The notes beneath the pieces are model-generated. The model was given only the letters and a program-made list of their open reading frames with translations, did not search any database and was not told the DNA's origin. Below, in pieces: positions 51,401 to 62,966 of a DNA stretch of 64,000 bases. This DNA comes from Ostrea edulis (lineage: Eukaryota). Within the stretch, counting starts at the first letter, position 1. Each line of letters opens with the position of its first letter. A program made the translations under genes and the position numbers. The stretch lies in assembly GCF_947568905.1 (NCBI RefSeq), contig NC_079165.1, positions 38,254,001 through 38,318,000 of the forward strand, written 5' to 3'.

Positions 51401-54395
51401 ATACCATATTTCTCGACTTTTGAGCATGACAGTATTAATAAAGAAATTGGGGTGTATAAGTTGATGTTTTAAATGAACACTGGCTAATGCTTGATCGTTG
51501 TATCATTCTCATATATGTCCTGATAAAAACTTGAGAACTCTTTTTCATCATGGTTGTGTGTAAAAACACGTGACCATATTTAAGAGGCTGAAACTTAGGC
51601 CCAGAGCATTGATCGTACATTAGATTTCATGGTCCAACATTCCTCCTCCTAATGTACATTGTACTTTGGTTATGAAAATATTTTTCCTTGTCAAGGAATT
51701 TCAGTACAGTACTAAAAGTTGTCCACTAATGAGATAGTGAATGTATCCAAATCAGAGATATTTCGGCTGTAGTATAATATATAAAAGAGAGAGAGAGAGA
51801 GAAGATCTGTGGCTGGACCGGGAATGGAACCCAGAACCCCAGCATTACTAGTCAGGTGCTCTAACCACTGACCTACCCAGGCCAATAACCACGGTCCGTA
51901 TAGCCCTAACTTCTATAGTCCTCCCATAGCATCGCGCTCGAAATCACACGGCCTCTCACCTCTGTCGGCGCGGGTTCGAATCTCGCTTGCGTCGGTAAGT
52001 GAGAAAGGTTCCCAGTTTACTTTCGGAAGGTCGGTGATCTCTTCCCAGGTACATTGAATCTGGGTTCTCTCTTCCATCAATAATAAAGTGCACCGCCACG
52101 ACACATGATACGCCCGTCACATATTGTTAACAGTATAGATTGTACCCATTAAACATTTTTTTTTATCACCTTAATTAAATGTCACAGTGACCTTAAAGTA
52201 GGATGCGACACACCTTCTACCTAAGATGCATTAGTTGACCAATTTTGGTGATTCTAGGTCTAATAGTTTTCAAGTTATGAGCCGGACAAGTTTTTGCCAT
52301 ATATGGCCATATCTTCTTAATGAAAAGTATCAGTGACCTGGTTTTAATGTGCGACACACCTTCTACCCAAGATGTATCTACAGACAAAGTTTGATGATTC
52401 TAGGCCTTGTAGTATTTAAGTTACGGGTCGGACACGAAAAAGCTAACAGACGGACGGACAGACGGATATCTTCTTAACGAAAAGTCACAGTGACCTGGTT
52501 TTAATGTGCGACACACCTTCTACCCAAGATGTATCTACAGACAAAGTTTGATGATTCTAGGCCTTGTAGTATTTAAGTTACGGGTCGGACACGAAAAAGC
52601 TAACAGACGGACATCTTCTTAACGAAAAGTCACAGTGACCTGGTTTTAATGTGCGACACACCTTCTACCCAAGATGTATCTACAGACAAAGTTTGATGAT
52701 TCTAGGCCTTGTAGTATTTAAGTTACGGGTCGGACACGAAACAGCTAACAGACGGACGGACATGAACGCCATACCATAATATGTCCCGTCTTAAGACGGG
52801 CGTATAAAAATTGGACGCCACCGTATAACTGAAAAATTGTTGAGTGTGGCGGAAAACATCAATCAATCAATCTATATTCCTCCCTCCTTAATTTGTCTTT
52901 GTCCTCAATGACACACACAACCTAGGTTCTTTTCGCCCCAGGCAGGACAACCTGCAGTGCAGGGGTGGTCACGGCACCAAATGTAACATACATGTAGGAG
53001 AGAGAAAATCTGTGGGTGGACCGGGAATCGAGCCCGGGACCCCTGCATTACTAGTCAGGCGCTCTAACCTGCACTGAGCTATCCAGGACGTATTCATGGT
53101 GTGTATAGCCTTAACTACTACATTCCTCCCTGCTTACTGAGCTATCCACGGTCCATATAGCCCTAATTACTACATCCCCCTCCTTAATTTGTCTTCGCCC
53201 TCAAAGACACACAACCCAGGCTCTCTTTTGCCCCTGGCAGGACAACCTACAGTGCAGGGGTGGTCACGGCACCAAATGTAGAGTATAAGAGAGAGGAGAA
53301 AATCTGTGGCTGGACCGGGAAACGAACCTGGGACCCCTGCATAAATAATCAGGTGCTCTAACCACAGAGCTACCCAGGCCGATATCCATGGTCCGTATAG
53401 CCATAACTACTACACAGCTATGAAATATCCTTCACATAATATCATTCATTGTCGTACATGTACCACCTACAGGAGGGCCAATTCACGACACTGTTAAACA
53501 GTTGGTAAAATATAGGGAAGGGTGACACTTCTAATCAATTGTGCTCAACTTACATACACACCCAACGAAATATGAATGTTGATCTGCTCAATATATTTCC
53601 ATAAACGAACACACTATGCAACTAATATCTTATTGTAAAAATGCAGTGCATCTAGTTTTAGGAGTGCAGAGCTATTATTCTCAAATGAAATTAACTACAG
53701 CCAACACATTGCAAGAATGTAAAACAATTATTTATATCTTGACATCATATTACAGATTGTAAATCCACAATGTAATTCTAATTTCTTAAAAATTTGACAT
53801 TCCTGTCAATGTCTGCCTTAAAATCTCATGCAAATACGAGTACTTACAAATGGAATTAAATACATGTAATTAGTATTCACTTCCATTAGAAATAAATAAA
53901 AAGAAAAAAGCAATGAAGATGTATCAAAACAACTAACATATATACATCATCATGTACATGTATTTTCTACTCAGTGTACATCCATTTTCAGATTACTACA
54001 AAAGAAAGTTCTGAGAAAAAAGGTTTGTTCTTTGTCTCAAAAAAAATTATCATTCATAATTATGTAATCACATTAGTACCATATTTGAACTCTCATTATT
54101 TCCCCCCTACTTTTAATGCAGAATTATGAAGAAATTTCTAAGATGGATAGAATTGCATCACTCGAGTTAACAGTTTCCAAACAGGTATTGTTATACTAGT
54201 TTTTGTATTGCACAGTCTCAAACATGTACAATAAAGTCTACTAAATGGTAGATATTACAAATGATCAAATGTTAATTTATATGGGAATATTTTGTTTTAC
54301 ATTTTTAGCGAGAAGAAATTGAAAATTTGAAGAGGGATATGCACATTCTCTTGGATGTTTACAGCAAAAAATTGAAAACGGTCACATTTGAGTGA
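43105..54395 (+). CDS. TRPM-like cation channel paralog B (1058 aa, 25 coding exons): 43105..43132, 43283..43341, 43442..43691, 43810..43967, 44047..44155, 44397..44518, 44665..44923, 45020..45039, 45360..45512, 45639..45680, 45799..45883, 46057..46241, 46324..46424, 47288..47546, 47653..47711, 47834..47909, 48051..48179, 48616..48858, 49412..49583, 49843..49978, 50541..50785, 51156..51261, 53992..54022, 54122..54184, 54309..54395
   Basis: The exons sum to 3177 nt in one open frame. Motifs VLFGGGL..IPFVVIKQSGGVAD, DMFVW, RHRSVKDILQRKWVG, LGPKLVMIGKM, pore YWILYGENNLDE, LLLNVLIAMFN, HWIYNY..EYESKPVLPPPF, C-terminal coiled coil (DRIASLELTV..EIENLKRDMHILL). Confidence 0.88.
46515..47158 (+). mobile_element. 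Helentron/HINE-like element, shorter copy of the 37270 family
   Basis: Starts ttttagctcacctaactgaaagctcaggtgagcttttctgatcacccg, has a gtccgtccgtctgtctg microsatellite, and ends gagcgatgtggcccttgggcctcttgtt. Confidence 0.8.
51926..52872 (+). mobile_element. tRNA-derived SINE split by a later insertion
   Basis: B-box gggttcgaatctc at ~51973; 3' half ggacgccaccgtataactgaaaaattgttgagtgtggcggaaaac with an (ATCA)n tail at 52813-52872; approximate TSD ctata(g/t)tcctccc. Confidence 0.6.
52100..52810 (-). mobile_element. Helentron-like element with ~145-157-bp internal tandem units (different family)
   Basis: Subterminal inverted repeat atacgcccgtc / gacgggcgtat, terminal hairpin cccgtc-ttaa-gacggg, gacggacgga microsatellite, units starting at 52333, 52490 and 52635. 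Confidence 0.7.
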
Positions 54396-54599
54396 AGGAA
54401 TACATCCATTTGACCTTTTAACAAATACATCTAACCAAGATTAATAAACTTTTTTAATTTTCATTCCTCTTTGGATTGTTGCTGAAAGCAATCCATTCAT
54501 TCTTCACTTTAGTAAGATATATATCAAGGATTGTTAAACGTATCATTTTTGCATGTACATGGGTTTTTTAACAATGAACAATAAATCATACAATATCAA

Positions 54600-55943
54600 T
54601 CAATCCACTGAGGTTATATGCAAGTCAACTTTATCACTGACCCTTTTGCACCCAGTAAGAGAGTACTGCACAGGACTTCCCTTCGGCTGGAAAAAGCTCA
54701 AGTCCTCGATAATTTTCTGTAACAGGTCAGCTGATGGCACAACCTTTTTATAACGCAAGTTCTGCTTGACACATTGCTCAATATGCATTTTATTCAGAGG
54801 TAAAAATGGAATGTACACATCAATGAGATTTTCTTTGTGTAGTTCATAGTACCACTCTTTTTCAGAATTCTGAAGCAAAACAGAATGCAATTCCTCATGG
54901 GTCAAGTCTTCTCTTTTCCTTCCTGCTGATATTTCGGAGAACAGGAAATTGTTAATTTCTGTTCCTCTTGAATTGCTGAGGAAAATGAACATAACCCACT
55001 GATTGTCAAATTCCTTGTTTTTCAGTGAAATTAACACCGATCTTAACCCTTTGATTAATGACGGTGGTGCTTTATCCATTTCATCAAATATGAACACATT
55101 GAATCGACAGTATCTAATATGATTTCTTATTGATTTTGAAATGTCTTTTGCATATGATGGAATGTTAGACGATGGAAAATGCATTGGAACTAAGAAAGTT
55201 TTTGAACGATGCACATGTAATGAATTTAATATTATTTTTGTTACAAAATTTTTCCCAACACCTGTCCAGCCATGAAAGGAGAACACCACTGGCTTTAAAT
55301 GAGATTGGTTTGTCCTTTGTGATTTCTCCCAATAAGAGGCTAGTGCAGACATGGACACATTTTTTGCTATATGCTGTCCAAATAAAAAACTGTCAAAATT
55401 CCTCTCAAGGTTTTGAAAGTCAACAACTAACTCGCACTCAACAGAGTGTGAGAGATAAAGTTTTCCGATGAAACATAGTCCAATCAAAATGACCCAAAGC
55501 ATCCATTTTCCTTTTGTGTTTTTAAACAAGGATGGGTTTTCTTGATGTTTCTTTGCATCTGGTTTAAAATCGGGGTGTCCTGGTCCTACAAGCTTGGGTC
55601 TCTTGGGTAAAGGTCCATTCAGACTGTGTGGTTTCTCAAAAGTCAAAGGTCCATTCAGACTATGTCGTTTCTCTGAAGTCAAACTTCTAATTATATTTTT
55701 ACCAGTTACGTCCTCGCTCATTGTTCTGTGCAATTCTGGATATTTCTTCAGCCGGTGTCTTAATTCATCTACAGATATCCCTCTTTCAAAATGTCGAGTC
55801 TCATTTCTGGTGGGTGAAGATGAACACACAGTGCTATTCAAATTCCAGCGCTTTGCACTTCCCATAAACCTCCTTGGCACAGCATTTGCACTGACAAAGT
55901 CTCTTTCCTCTCCAGAGATATCCATAGGCTCTTCCCCTTCCAT
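54600..55943 (-). CDS. Torsin-family AAA+ ATPase with a long N-terminal extension and an internal TM helix (Torsin-4A-like), single coding exon, 447 aa
   Basis: LFGQHIA, Walker A FHGWTGVGKN, Walker B FIFDEMDK, sensor-1 FIFLSN, IDVYIPFLPL, GCK sensor-II. TM WMLWVILIGLCFIGKLYL at ~aa 147-165. A splice acceptor lies 1 nt upstream of the ATG. Confidence 0.92.
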   Translation of the reverse strand: MEGEEPMDISGEERDFVSANAVPRRFMGSAKRWNLNSTVCSSSPTRNETRHFERGISVDELRHRLKKYPELHRTMSEDVTGKNIIRSLTSEKRHSLNGPLTFEKPHSLNGPLPKRPKLVGPGHPDFKPDAKKHQENPSLFKNTKGKWMLWVILIGLCFIGKLYLSHSVECELVVDFQNLERNFDSFLFGQHIAKNVSMSALASYWEKSQRTNQSHLKPVVFSFHGWTGVGKNFVTKIILNSLHVHRSKTFLVPMHFPSSNIPSYAKDISKSIRNHIRYCRFNVFIFDEMDKAPPSLIKGLRSVLISLKNKEFDNQWVMFIFLSNSRGTEINNFLFSEISAGRKREDLTHEELHSVLLQNSEKEWYYELHKENLIDVYIPFLPLNKMHIEQCVKQNLRYKKVVPSADLLQKIIEDLSFFQPKGSPVQYSLTGCKRVSDKVDLHITSVD

Positions 55944-57048
55944 TCTGAAAAAGTCAAATTTTATTTACCTTCAGTTGTGTTAAGTGTGGCTAAATTTCGA
56001 GATAATAAATAGCTTGCATATATTTAGGAATCTACAGTAGATGTTTACCAACTAAATACAAATTTGTAGAATGGTAATTCCGAGCAAACCTGGGTCTGTT
56101 TTCTGGGTTCATTCTGTATCAAACTTAACAAGCATGAGCTGACTCAAAGTGGATTCAGAAAGCAAATGCAAAATATAGAGCAGACTCAAAAAGCGAACCC
56201 TTTAGACCCTGCAAGTGAATCTAAATAACCTTGCATTCATCATAATTTGACAGCTACTCCACACAGCTAGAGGTTCAGCGACGACACTCTTATTCTATAT
56301 TCATATAGACATGTATGCACTTTTTGTATTTATTTTCATTACGTTTTATTTTCATCTTATTTTGTTTATTTTTCAAGAAGTCTGGCAATGTTAACTAAGG
56401 CTCTTACTTGTAGGAGTAATTTGACAGCTAACCTAGAAGGTGGAGCTTATTATCAGTGGACAGTTGAGCCATAACTTTTAAATGGATAAATTAAATCATG
56501 ATCAATATCATATATTATGGTGACAAGAAAATAAATGTTAAGAAATTTCTTATGTTTTGAATTACTAAAATTATCACAGTGCCAGACAGAGGCCACTCAA
56601 AATGCTAAAAAATTGATAAATGATATCATCCTTTGAACTATTCAATTGATGAAATCCATTTGAGATTTATGGCTCTTTTTAGCATTGTATTCTTTTACTT
56701 ATAGAAAAGGGACAGGAGAGCCTGTAGATTTTAACCCATTTCTTTTTCTCTGTCCATTTCATTCTATTTAGAAATTTAATTTTAAATTTTAAATTTCATT
56801 CTTGGCTGCGATTGCTGCAAACATAGAATTTTTTTGAGGTAGTTCATTACGAACTTCCCGAATCAGTCACCGACGTGTTCCCTGAAACAGATATGGAATG
56901 ATCAGAATGTTTGCATGGAGAAAGTTGCCTCCTGTTTTTAGATGGCTAGTTTTACCACAGGAAGCAGTAATTTTGTCTGTAATAATAATAGTAGGGGTCT
57001 ATACCATATGACCACTATATTAGGGGGTGGTACGGTAGAGACTTCTAC

Positions 57049-58525
57049 CAGGGTTGGGTGGTTAAAACCACCCCCAGTTTTAACCAGCGGTTTTAACCGT
57101 CCCGGTCAATACTCTCTAAGTGGTCAATACTGGTCAATTGAGATTTAAACTGTCCATTTTCCTATTTTTGTACATTTTTGCAAAGATAAATTAAGTCTTT
57201 TCATTATAATATATGGATCAATTGATTATCAATAATTTTCATTAGATAATTAGATGTAATTTCATAAGTTTAATATATCTGGTTTGCTGAAACTGTGATC
57301 ATAATATCTTCAGAACTATAAAAGAGGGTCACATATAGCATAACTAGACAATAGGATCTGCTTATACATGTACCAGAACAGATTAAGAATAACAGGTAGC
57401 TGGATATTAATAATAATAATGATTGCTTTTTATATAGCGCCTTATCCAGCGTATGCTGCTCAAAGCGCTTTACAATAATCAATGTACATTATTACTCCGG
57501 CAGACCTTATAAAAATCTAGAACTTTCTCAGCCTCCTAGGAAGCATACAGTGCAAGCTGCCATTGCAAGCGCTAGAGCACTAACATTCTAACAATATCTT
57601 TCACTGTCTATAGCCAGGTACCCCTTTTACACTTGGGTGGAGTGAGGAAATTCATGTAAAGTGCCTTTCCCAAGGACACAACGTCAGCCCTGCCGCGGGC
57701 GGCGGCCAGGACTCGAACCCATGACTATTCGGTCGAGAGTCTGACAGCCTAACCACTAGGCCACCGACGCCATTAAACAATATTAAACCACAAATATTGA
57801 TATTAAATAAACACAGTGATTTAATATGAATTGGGTGACAGGTGCTGTAGATAAACAATGTGTTGCAATGTACAGAGCAGGAGATGTACCTGAGCACAGG
57901 AAACAGAGTTGACAGGTGTTAATTAAAATACTCTGGGACCAGTGTACATGTTATTGTTATGAAAACATCACCAACACACCACCTCAAATGATTATTTAAC
58001 AGTTAAATGAAGATTTGAAACAATAGGTAGTTCTTGATAAACTAAAGAATTTGAACAGAAATAGATAACACTTTCCCCATCATATTATCTATGGCTTCAA
58101 CAAAACAGTTTAGGAAATACCACAATTTTCCTCTCAGATTCACTTCTTGACCTGCCAAGAGACACAATCATGAAGCCTACAGATCCTATTTGGAATTTCT
58201 ATGATATCGTTGAGGACAACAAGACCACAGCAAGATGTAAAGACTGCAATGCTGTTGTCAGTGCCAAAGTAATATGGCTAGGAAACAGTTTTTAATTTTT
58301 ACAATAAACTTTTACATCTTCCCCAATTTAACAGTCATTTACATTATTTATTTAACATTATGACTTGCAAGTATAATATAAACTGATAGTGCATGTTATG
58401 AATTACAGTATTTACCATAATGGCCACTGAAACAGTTAAAATAACCAACAACACAGCTAGACTATAATGACCAAACAATTTTCAATCAACCAGTACTAGT
58501 ATTGACCACTTTTTTGCCAACCCTG
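57049..58525 (+). mobile_element. hAT deletion derivative retaining a BED zinc-finger remnant
   Basis: TIR CAGGGTTGG/CCAACCCTG, exact 8-bp TSD ACTTCTAC (57041-57048, 58526-58533). From 58170, MKPTDPIWNFYDIVEDNKTTARCKDCNAVVSAK. Confidence 0.85.
57410..57770 (-). mobile_element. Near full-length tRNA-derived SINE with an L2/CR1-like 3' tail, nested in the hAT
   Basis: A-box tggcctagtgg, B-box gggttcgagtcc, central ccttgggaaaggcacttta...ccacccaagtgtaaa, tail tgtaaagcgctttgag...ggcgctatataaa(att)n. Confidence 0.8.
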
Positions 58526-58902
58526 ACTTCTACAGTAACTATTATTACAGACAAAATGACCGGTTAATATACTAGTAGAAAATTATACATTTTTTCATTT
58601 GATTTAGGCTATAAAATGAACATTGCCACCAAATGTACAGAACAGTTCTCATCATCTCGTTCTCTCTGAGACATTAAAATTTTGAAAAAGAAACATTTCT
58701 TCACTTGAAACAAATAAGTGATCCATGCAGAGGCACATCCGCTCCATAATATTGGGTTAACAAAGATTATTCAAAAAGCGAATCGGAGGGAGGTGGTGGT
58801 GTCCTCCACTCTGACCCAAACCTGAAGCAGAGCAGATCCAGTTTTCGCTCATATATAGCTGAAGGCACTTGGGCTGGGGGGGTCAGTTTTCTGGGTGTAA
58901 TA

Positions 58903-60264
58903 TAATCTCAGCGAGATTCGTCGAGGCTGGATATTTGGACTGACGCCTCTTCCGAATCTCAGACCAGTGTCATATAAAGTGATTCGGGAAATCTTGCCTG
59001 AACTTCGGCCGCTTGTTGCGATTAAAATGGGTTAAATTGAATTTCTTGCCCGCTTCAACTTTTCGCCTCAGACATCCTATTAACCCCCTATCATAATGAA
59101 ACATGCATTTCTTACCTTTACAAGGTGTAAATCCCACAGTAATTCAAGTTGGCTATTTTCGAAGCCATTGCAAACGGCCACCATTTCATATTTTACCTTC
59201 TCAACACTGAAGAGTTCCGATATACTACTTCATGACAATTTGTACTATGATTGAAAATACAGAACTTATTGGTTGACAATTACTTTGTACAAAGCATTTA
59301 AGCATAAAAATTAAAAGCAATAAAAAGAAAAAACTGTGTAATAGAGGGCGAAGCCCTCTCACGGCCCGAAGGGCCGTGAGAGCGGAGCTCTCCCTATAGG
59401 TAACACGTATATACATGTTTAAGAGGAAAATATAGGGAAATAATGAAAAATTAAACCATACCTATGGAACTTGAAAAGTTTGGTACTAATGGCGTCGATT
59501 CGAATATTATCGCGTGGACATGTATTTCTCCATTTTGAATCTCGTCTACCCTAGTTCACGTCGTTCTGAGATGTTACATAAAATTCGTAAAAGCATGTAA
59601 ATCTTATTTTCTTAATCATGTATAATCACTCCACGATTAACGCCATGTTTGTTGTTGTGGTTCAAACGCTATGTTTGTAAATTTCCTAAATAACGACGCT
59701 GAATATGACGTCACAATGTACTGTTTACATCAATTGCGTTATATTTCCCGCGTTCAATATGTAGGAGGATCAAATATCCAAAATTAGGATGCTTTGATAC
59801 AGATCCGTCCTCGTACTAACTTCAGGTTGTTTTTGTTCTGTTTTGGATATAGATACCAATGCCAAAATTTGTTTGCTTCGCCCTCAAACACGGTCACGCC
59901 GTAAAACATATTATTTAATCAATCTATTAGAAGGCGTCCTAAACTATCGGAACTCTTCAGTGTTGAGAAGGTAAAATATGAAATGGTGGCCGTTTGCAAT
60001 GGCTTCGAAAATAGCCAACTTGAATTACTGTGGGATTTACACCTTGTAAAGGTAAGAAATGCATGTTTCATTGTGATAGGGAGTTAATAGGATGTCTGAG
60101 GCGAAAAGTTGAAGCGGGCAAGAAATTCAATTTAAACCATTTTAATCGCAACAAGCGGCCGAAGTTCAGGCAAGATTTCCCGAATCACTTTATGTGACAC
60201 TTGTCTGAGATTCGGAAGAGGCGTCAGTCCAAATATCCAGCCTCGACGAATCTCGCTGAGATTA
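58903..60264. mobile_element. Young MULE-like foldback MITE with 320-bp TIRs
   Basis: 58903-59222 and 59945-60264 are near-perfect inverted copies with only a handful of mismatches. An exact 9-bp TSD GGTGTAATA lies at 58894-58902 and 60265-60273. Confidence 0.9.
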
Positions 60265-61086
60265 GGTGTAATATTGCGTCTTATCGGTAATGTAAATCAT
60301 TCTAACTACAAGTTACCAGAGACACATATAAAAACGTTATTCAAATTTCTGGGTATAAATCTACACTATACAAAAAAACATGTAGGCCTACCTGGGCGTC
60401 TGTCGAAGACCTAATCTCAGATTATCGAATAGACCTGTGATCGAGTGATGTTTTACAAATTTACTTGCTGTATTTGTCAACTTACTACAAAATTTCCATT
60501 AACTAGTGTTGTGTCTTTCTACGCCTATCATTACGAGTGAATGTCTACATTCATTAACATCTAGCATGTCTAGTACCTGCTACTTACGAACTTGACAGAT
60601 TTCTTCTCCAGACCCTTTTCTGAGCTTAGATAAGTCATACCATAAAAACTCTGCACAACTGAAGATCTTTATTGTGATTGCTATACCGAGTCTATTGATA
60701 ATATAGAAATATCCCTAGAATACTACAAACTATTTCAATGAAACAACGTAAATAGATAATTGAGAGTGAAGCGAATTGTGATTCAGAACCAAATAATTGA
60801 TAAATGCAGTACAAATTAGCTAGTCTTTGTTGTACTTGGTTACCATTACATCCGGTAAAGGCCTTCGCGCACTTTGCAAAGAAGAAAAATGTGGAAAAAA
60901 ACAGGAAGCTAGCAGCCTTATCATACAAACGTATGTTGCGTTGACACATAAATTATTTTTTTTAATTGAGACTTGTGTTTAGATACTTGTCTCAATATTT
61001 GAGTCAAACAGTGCACCAGCACCTGTAATTGAGTGTAAATTAACATGCTGTCCACCTCAGGCTCAGTAGCAATGTCAATTGATGTT

Positions 61087-61139
<53 letters not shown>

Positions 61140-61585
61140 TGGATAGCGTGATTCACAGACAAAGTGTTTCATTAACTCTTCCAAATAGATAATATAGGTT
61201 GTGTGTTTTTGATTAATTTGTGTGTCTTTTTCTCAGGATAATATGCATATCAAATAGAACTTTAAAATTTTCATTAAAAGTGTATCTCATGACAAGCAAT
61301 AAGTGATCAAATTTTGAGAGCTTTTGTCATAAGTAAATTGGGGATGGGATTCAGTTTTGACAGGTGACTTGCTTCACTCAGATTTGAAATACACTGGCAG
61401 CAGTAATTATTGTCCATGTGTTATCTTATTTAAATCATACTCCTTTTTATCTGCTAATTTCAGGTAATAATTGTATTGATCTATATTTTTAGAATATGAA
61501 TTTCAGATTCGGAGGAGACGAAGATTCATTAAAGATGTGATTTAAGCTCTTACTACAATAAGCCATAATCTAAAGATTCAGAAAA

Positions 61586-62966
61586 ATGGCAGAGAGGTCC
61601 CCCCATTACACTTCTCAGGGACTGAGCCATAGCTTCAGTATGGCAAGTCTGGCTGAGGGGAGCAGTGAGCCAATCTCTGAAGCTGAAGAAATCAATGAGG
61701 TCAGTAGCTGTCTTGCAGAGTTTTTTTTTTTAAAAATCAGATGAGTAAGAATTTCAGTCCAGGATACTTTCAAACTTACATAAACATAATTTTTTTTGTT
61801 TCTTTTTTGGTTTTAATTAGGCAAGTTATCTATATAGAATAAAATACCCTTTCAAACTCTTGTAATACATGTGTATACCCATTAAATGCAGAATATTCAC
61901 CAGGAAATGCTTAATTTTCAGATGAAATCATTAACTGATATGGGTAATAAAGCAATGCAGATCAAGGACTACAAAGATGCTATCAAGCACTATGATGAAG
62001 CTCTAGAAATTGACGACAAAAATGTGGAGGTTTTGAATGCCAGAATACTGGCGTTTATTGAAATGAAAGACTTTAAGATGGCCCACAAGGATGCAGAATA
62101 CTGGGTTTCATTGGACTCAGACAGTGCAGAGGTAAAAGCGAAAAGAAGCTCATGTTTGCAAAGCATAGAAATGTATACATTAAGGAAATTTTAATGGTTT
62201 TCATTTTACTGGTGACTGAAAACAAATTGTAAAATTTTATCTGTTCATTTTCTGAAGGGATGGGTAAAATAAGCAACATAAGAAATCCTTATGCTGGCAT
62301 ACTTGACCCTTTATAAATTTTTATGATGAAAGACAGGTATTATGAAATACGAACAGCAAAGAATATTATCAAAGACAAAATTAGTATTTTGTGAGTTTGA
62401 ATATTTTTGCCACTTTACATTTTATGTCTTCATCAATTCAACTGTGATTCATTCTCATATATAGATTCAATTCTATTTCAAATGAGCTTTGGGAAAATAG
62501 GACTTCCATTTATCTAACTGATATGCACACAACATGGGCTTTGGACCTTTGGCTGCTGCTTAGTCACTGATTACAAGAAGTACTTCTTAATCTTTGGTCA
62601 ATTAATTATGGACCTTAGTAGAACACACTAATTTCAGTAACTGGTCCTGTTTCCACATTTTGTTTCTCGATAGAGGTTTTGCTGCTGAATAGCCTTTGTG
62701 ACCCAGTGACCCAGCCTTATAAATTGTGATTGAATGGATTCAGTGCCAGTTTGTTATCATATATTACCACCTGTCTTTATTATTGTAGGCTTTCAGATTG
62801 TTAGGAGTAACTCTGCAAGAACTGGACAGAGCTGGAGAGGCTTTAAATGCCTTCCTGACTGCCCTGGACCTGGACACTCAGAGAGCTGATGACCTCACCA
62901 CCAACATAGCAACTGTGGCAACATTTTTCTGTGAAATACCCCCTGATGTTCTTAGGAAAATCAATG
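61586..62966 (+). CDS. TPR-repeat protein, 5' part (exons 61586..61699, 61922..62131, 62789..62966; continues beyond these, probably past the window)
   Basis: In-frame exons. TPR-like GNKAMQIKDYKDAIKHYDEALEID, A..KDA..WVSLD, AFRLLGVTLQELDRAGEALNAFLTALDLD. An upstream acceptor at 61505-61506 implies a non-coding first exon. Confidence 0.75.

Larger units (their letters stand above)
51805..53410 (-). repeat. Tandem array of a ~294-bp unit headed by a tRNA-Thr(AGT)-like sequence (heads ~51808-51884, 53013-53089, 53307-53380), interrupted by nested insertions
   Basis: Minus strand ggcctgggtagctc...gtggttagagcacctgactagtaatgcaggggtcccgggttcgattcccggtcc, with A-box, B-box and CT-AGT-AA loop but an imperfect anticodon stem. 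Confidence 0.7.

Noticed and set aside
51808-53380. Functional tRNA-Thr genes
   Set aside because: The anticodon stems are bulged or mutated and the copies differ in the B-box; these are tRNA-derived repeats.
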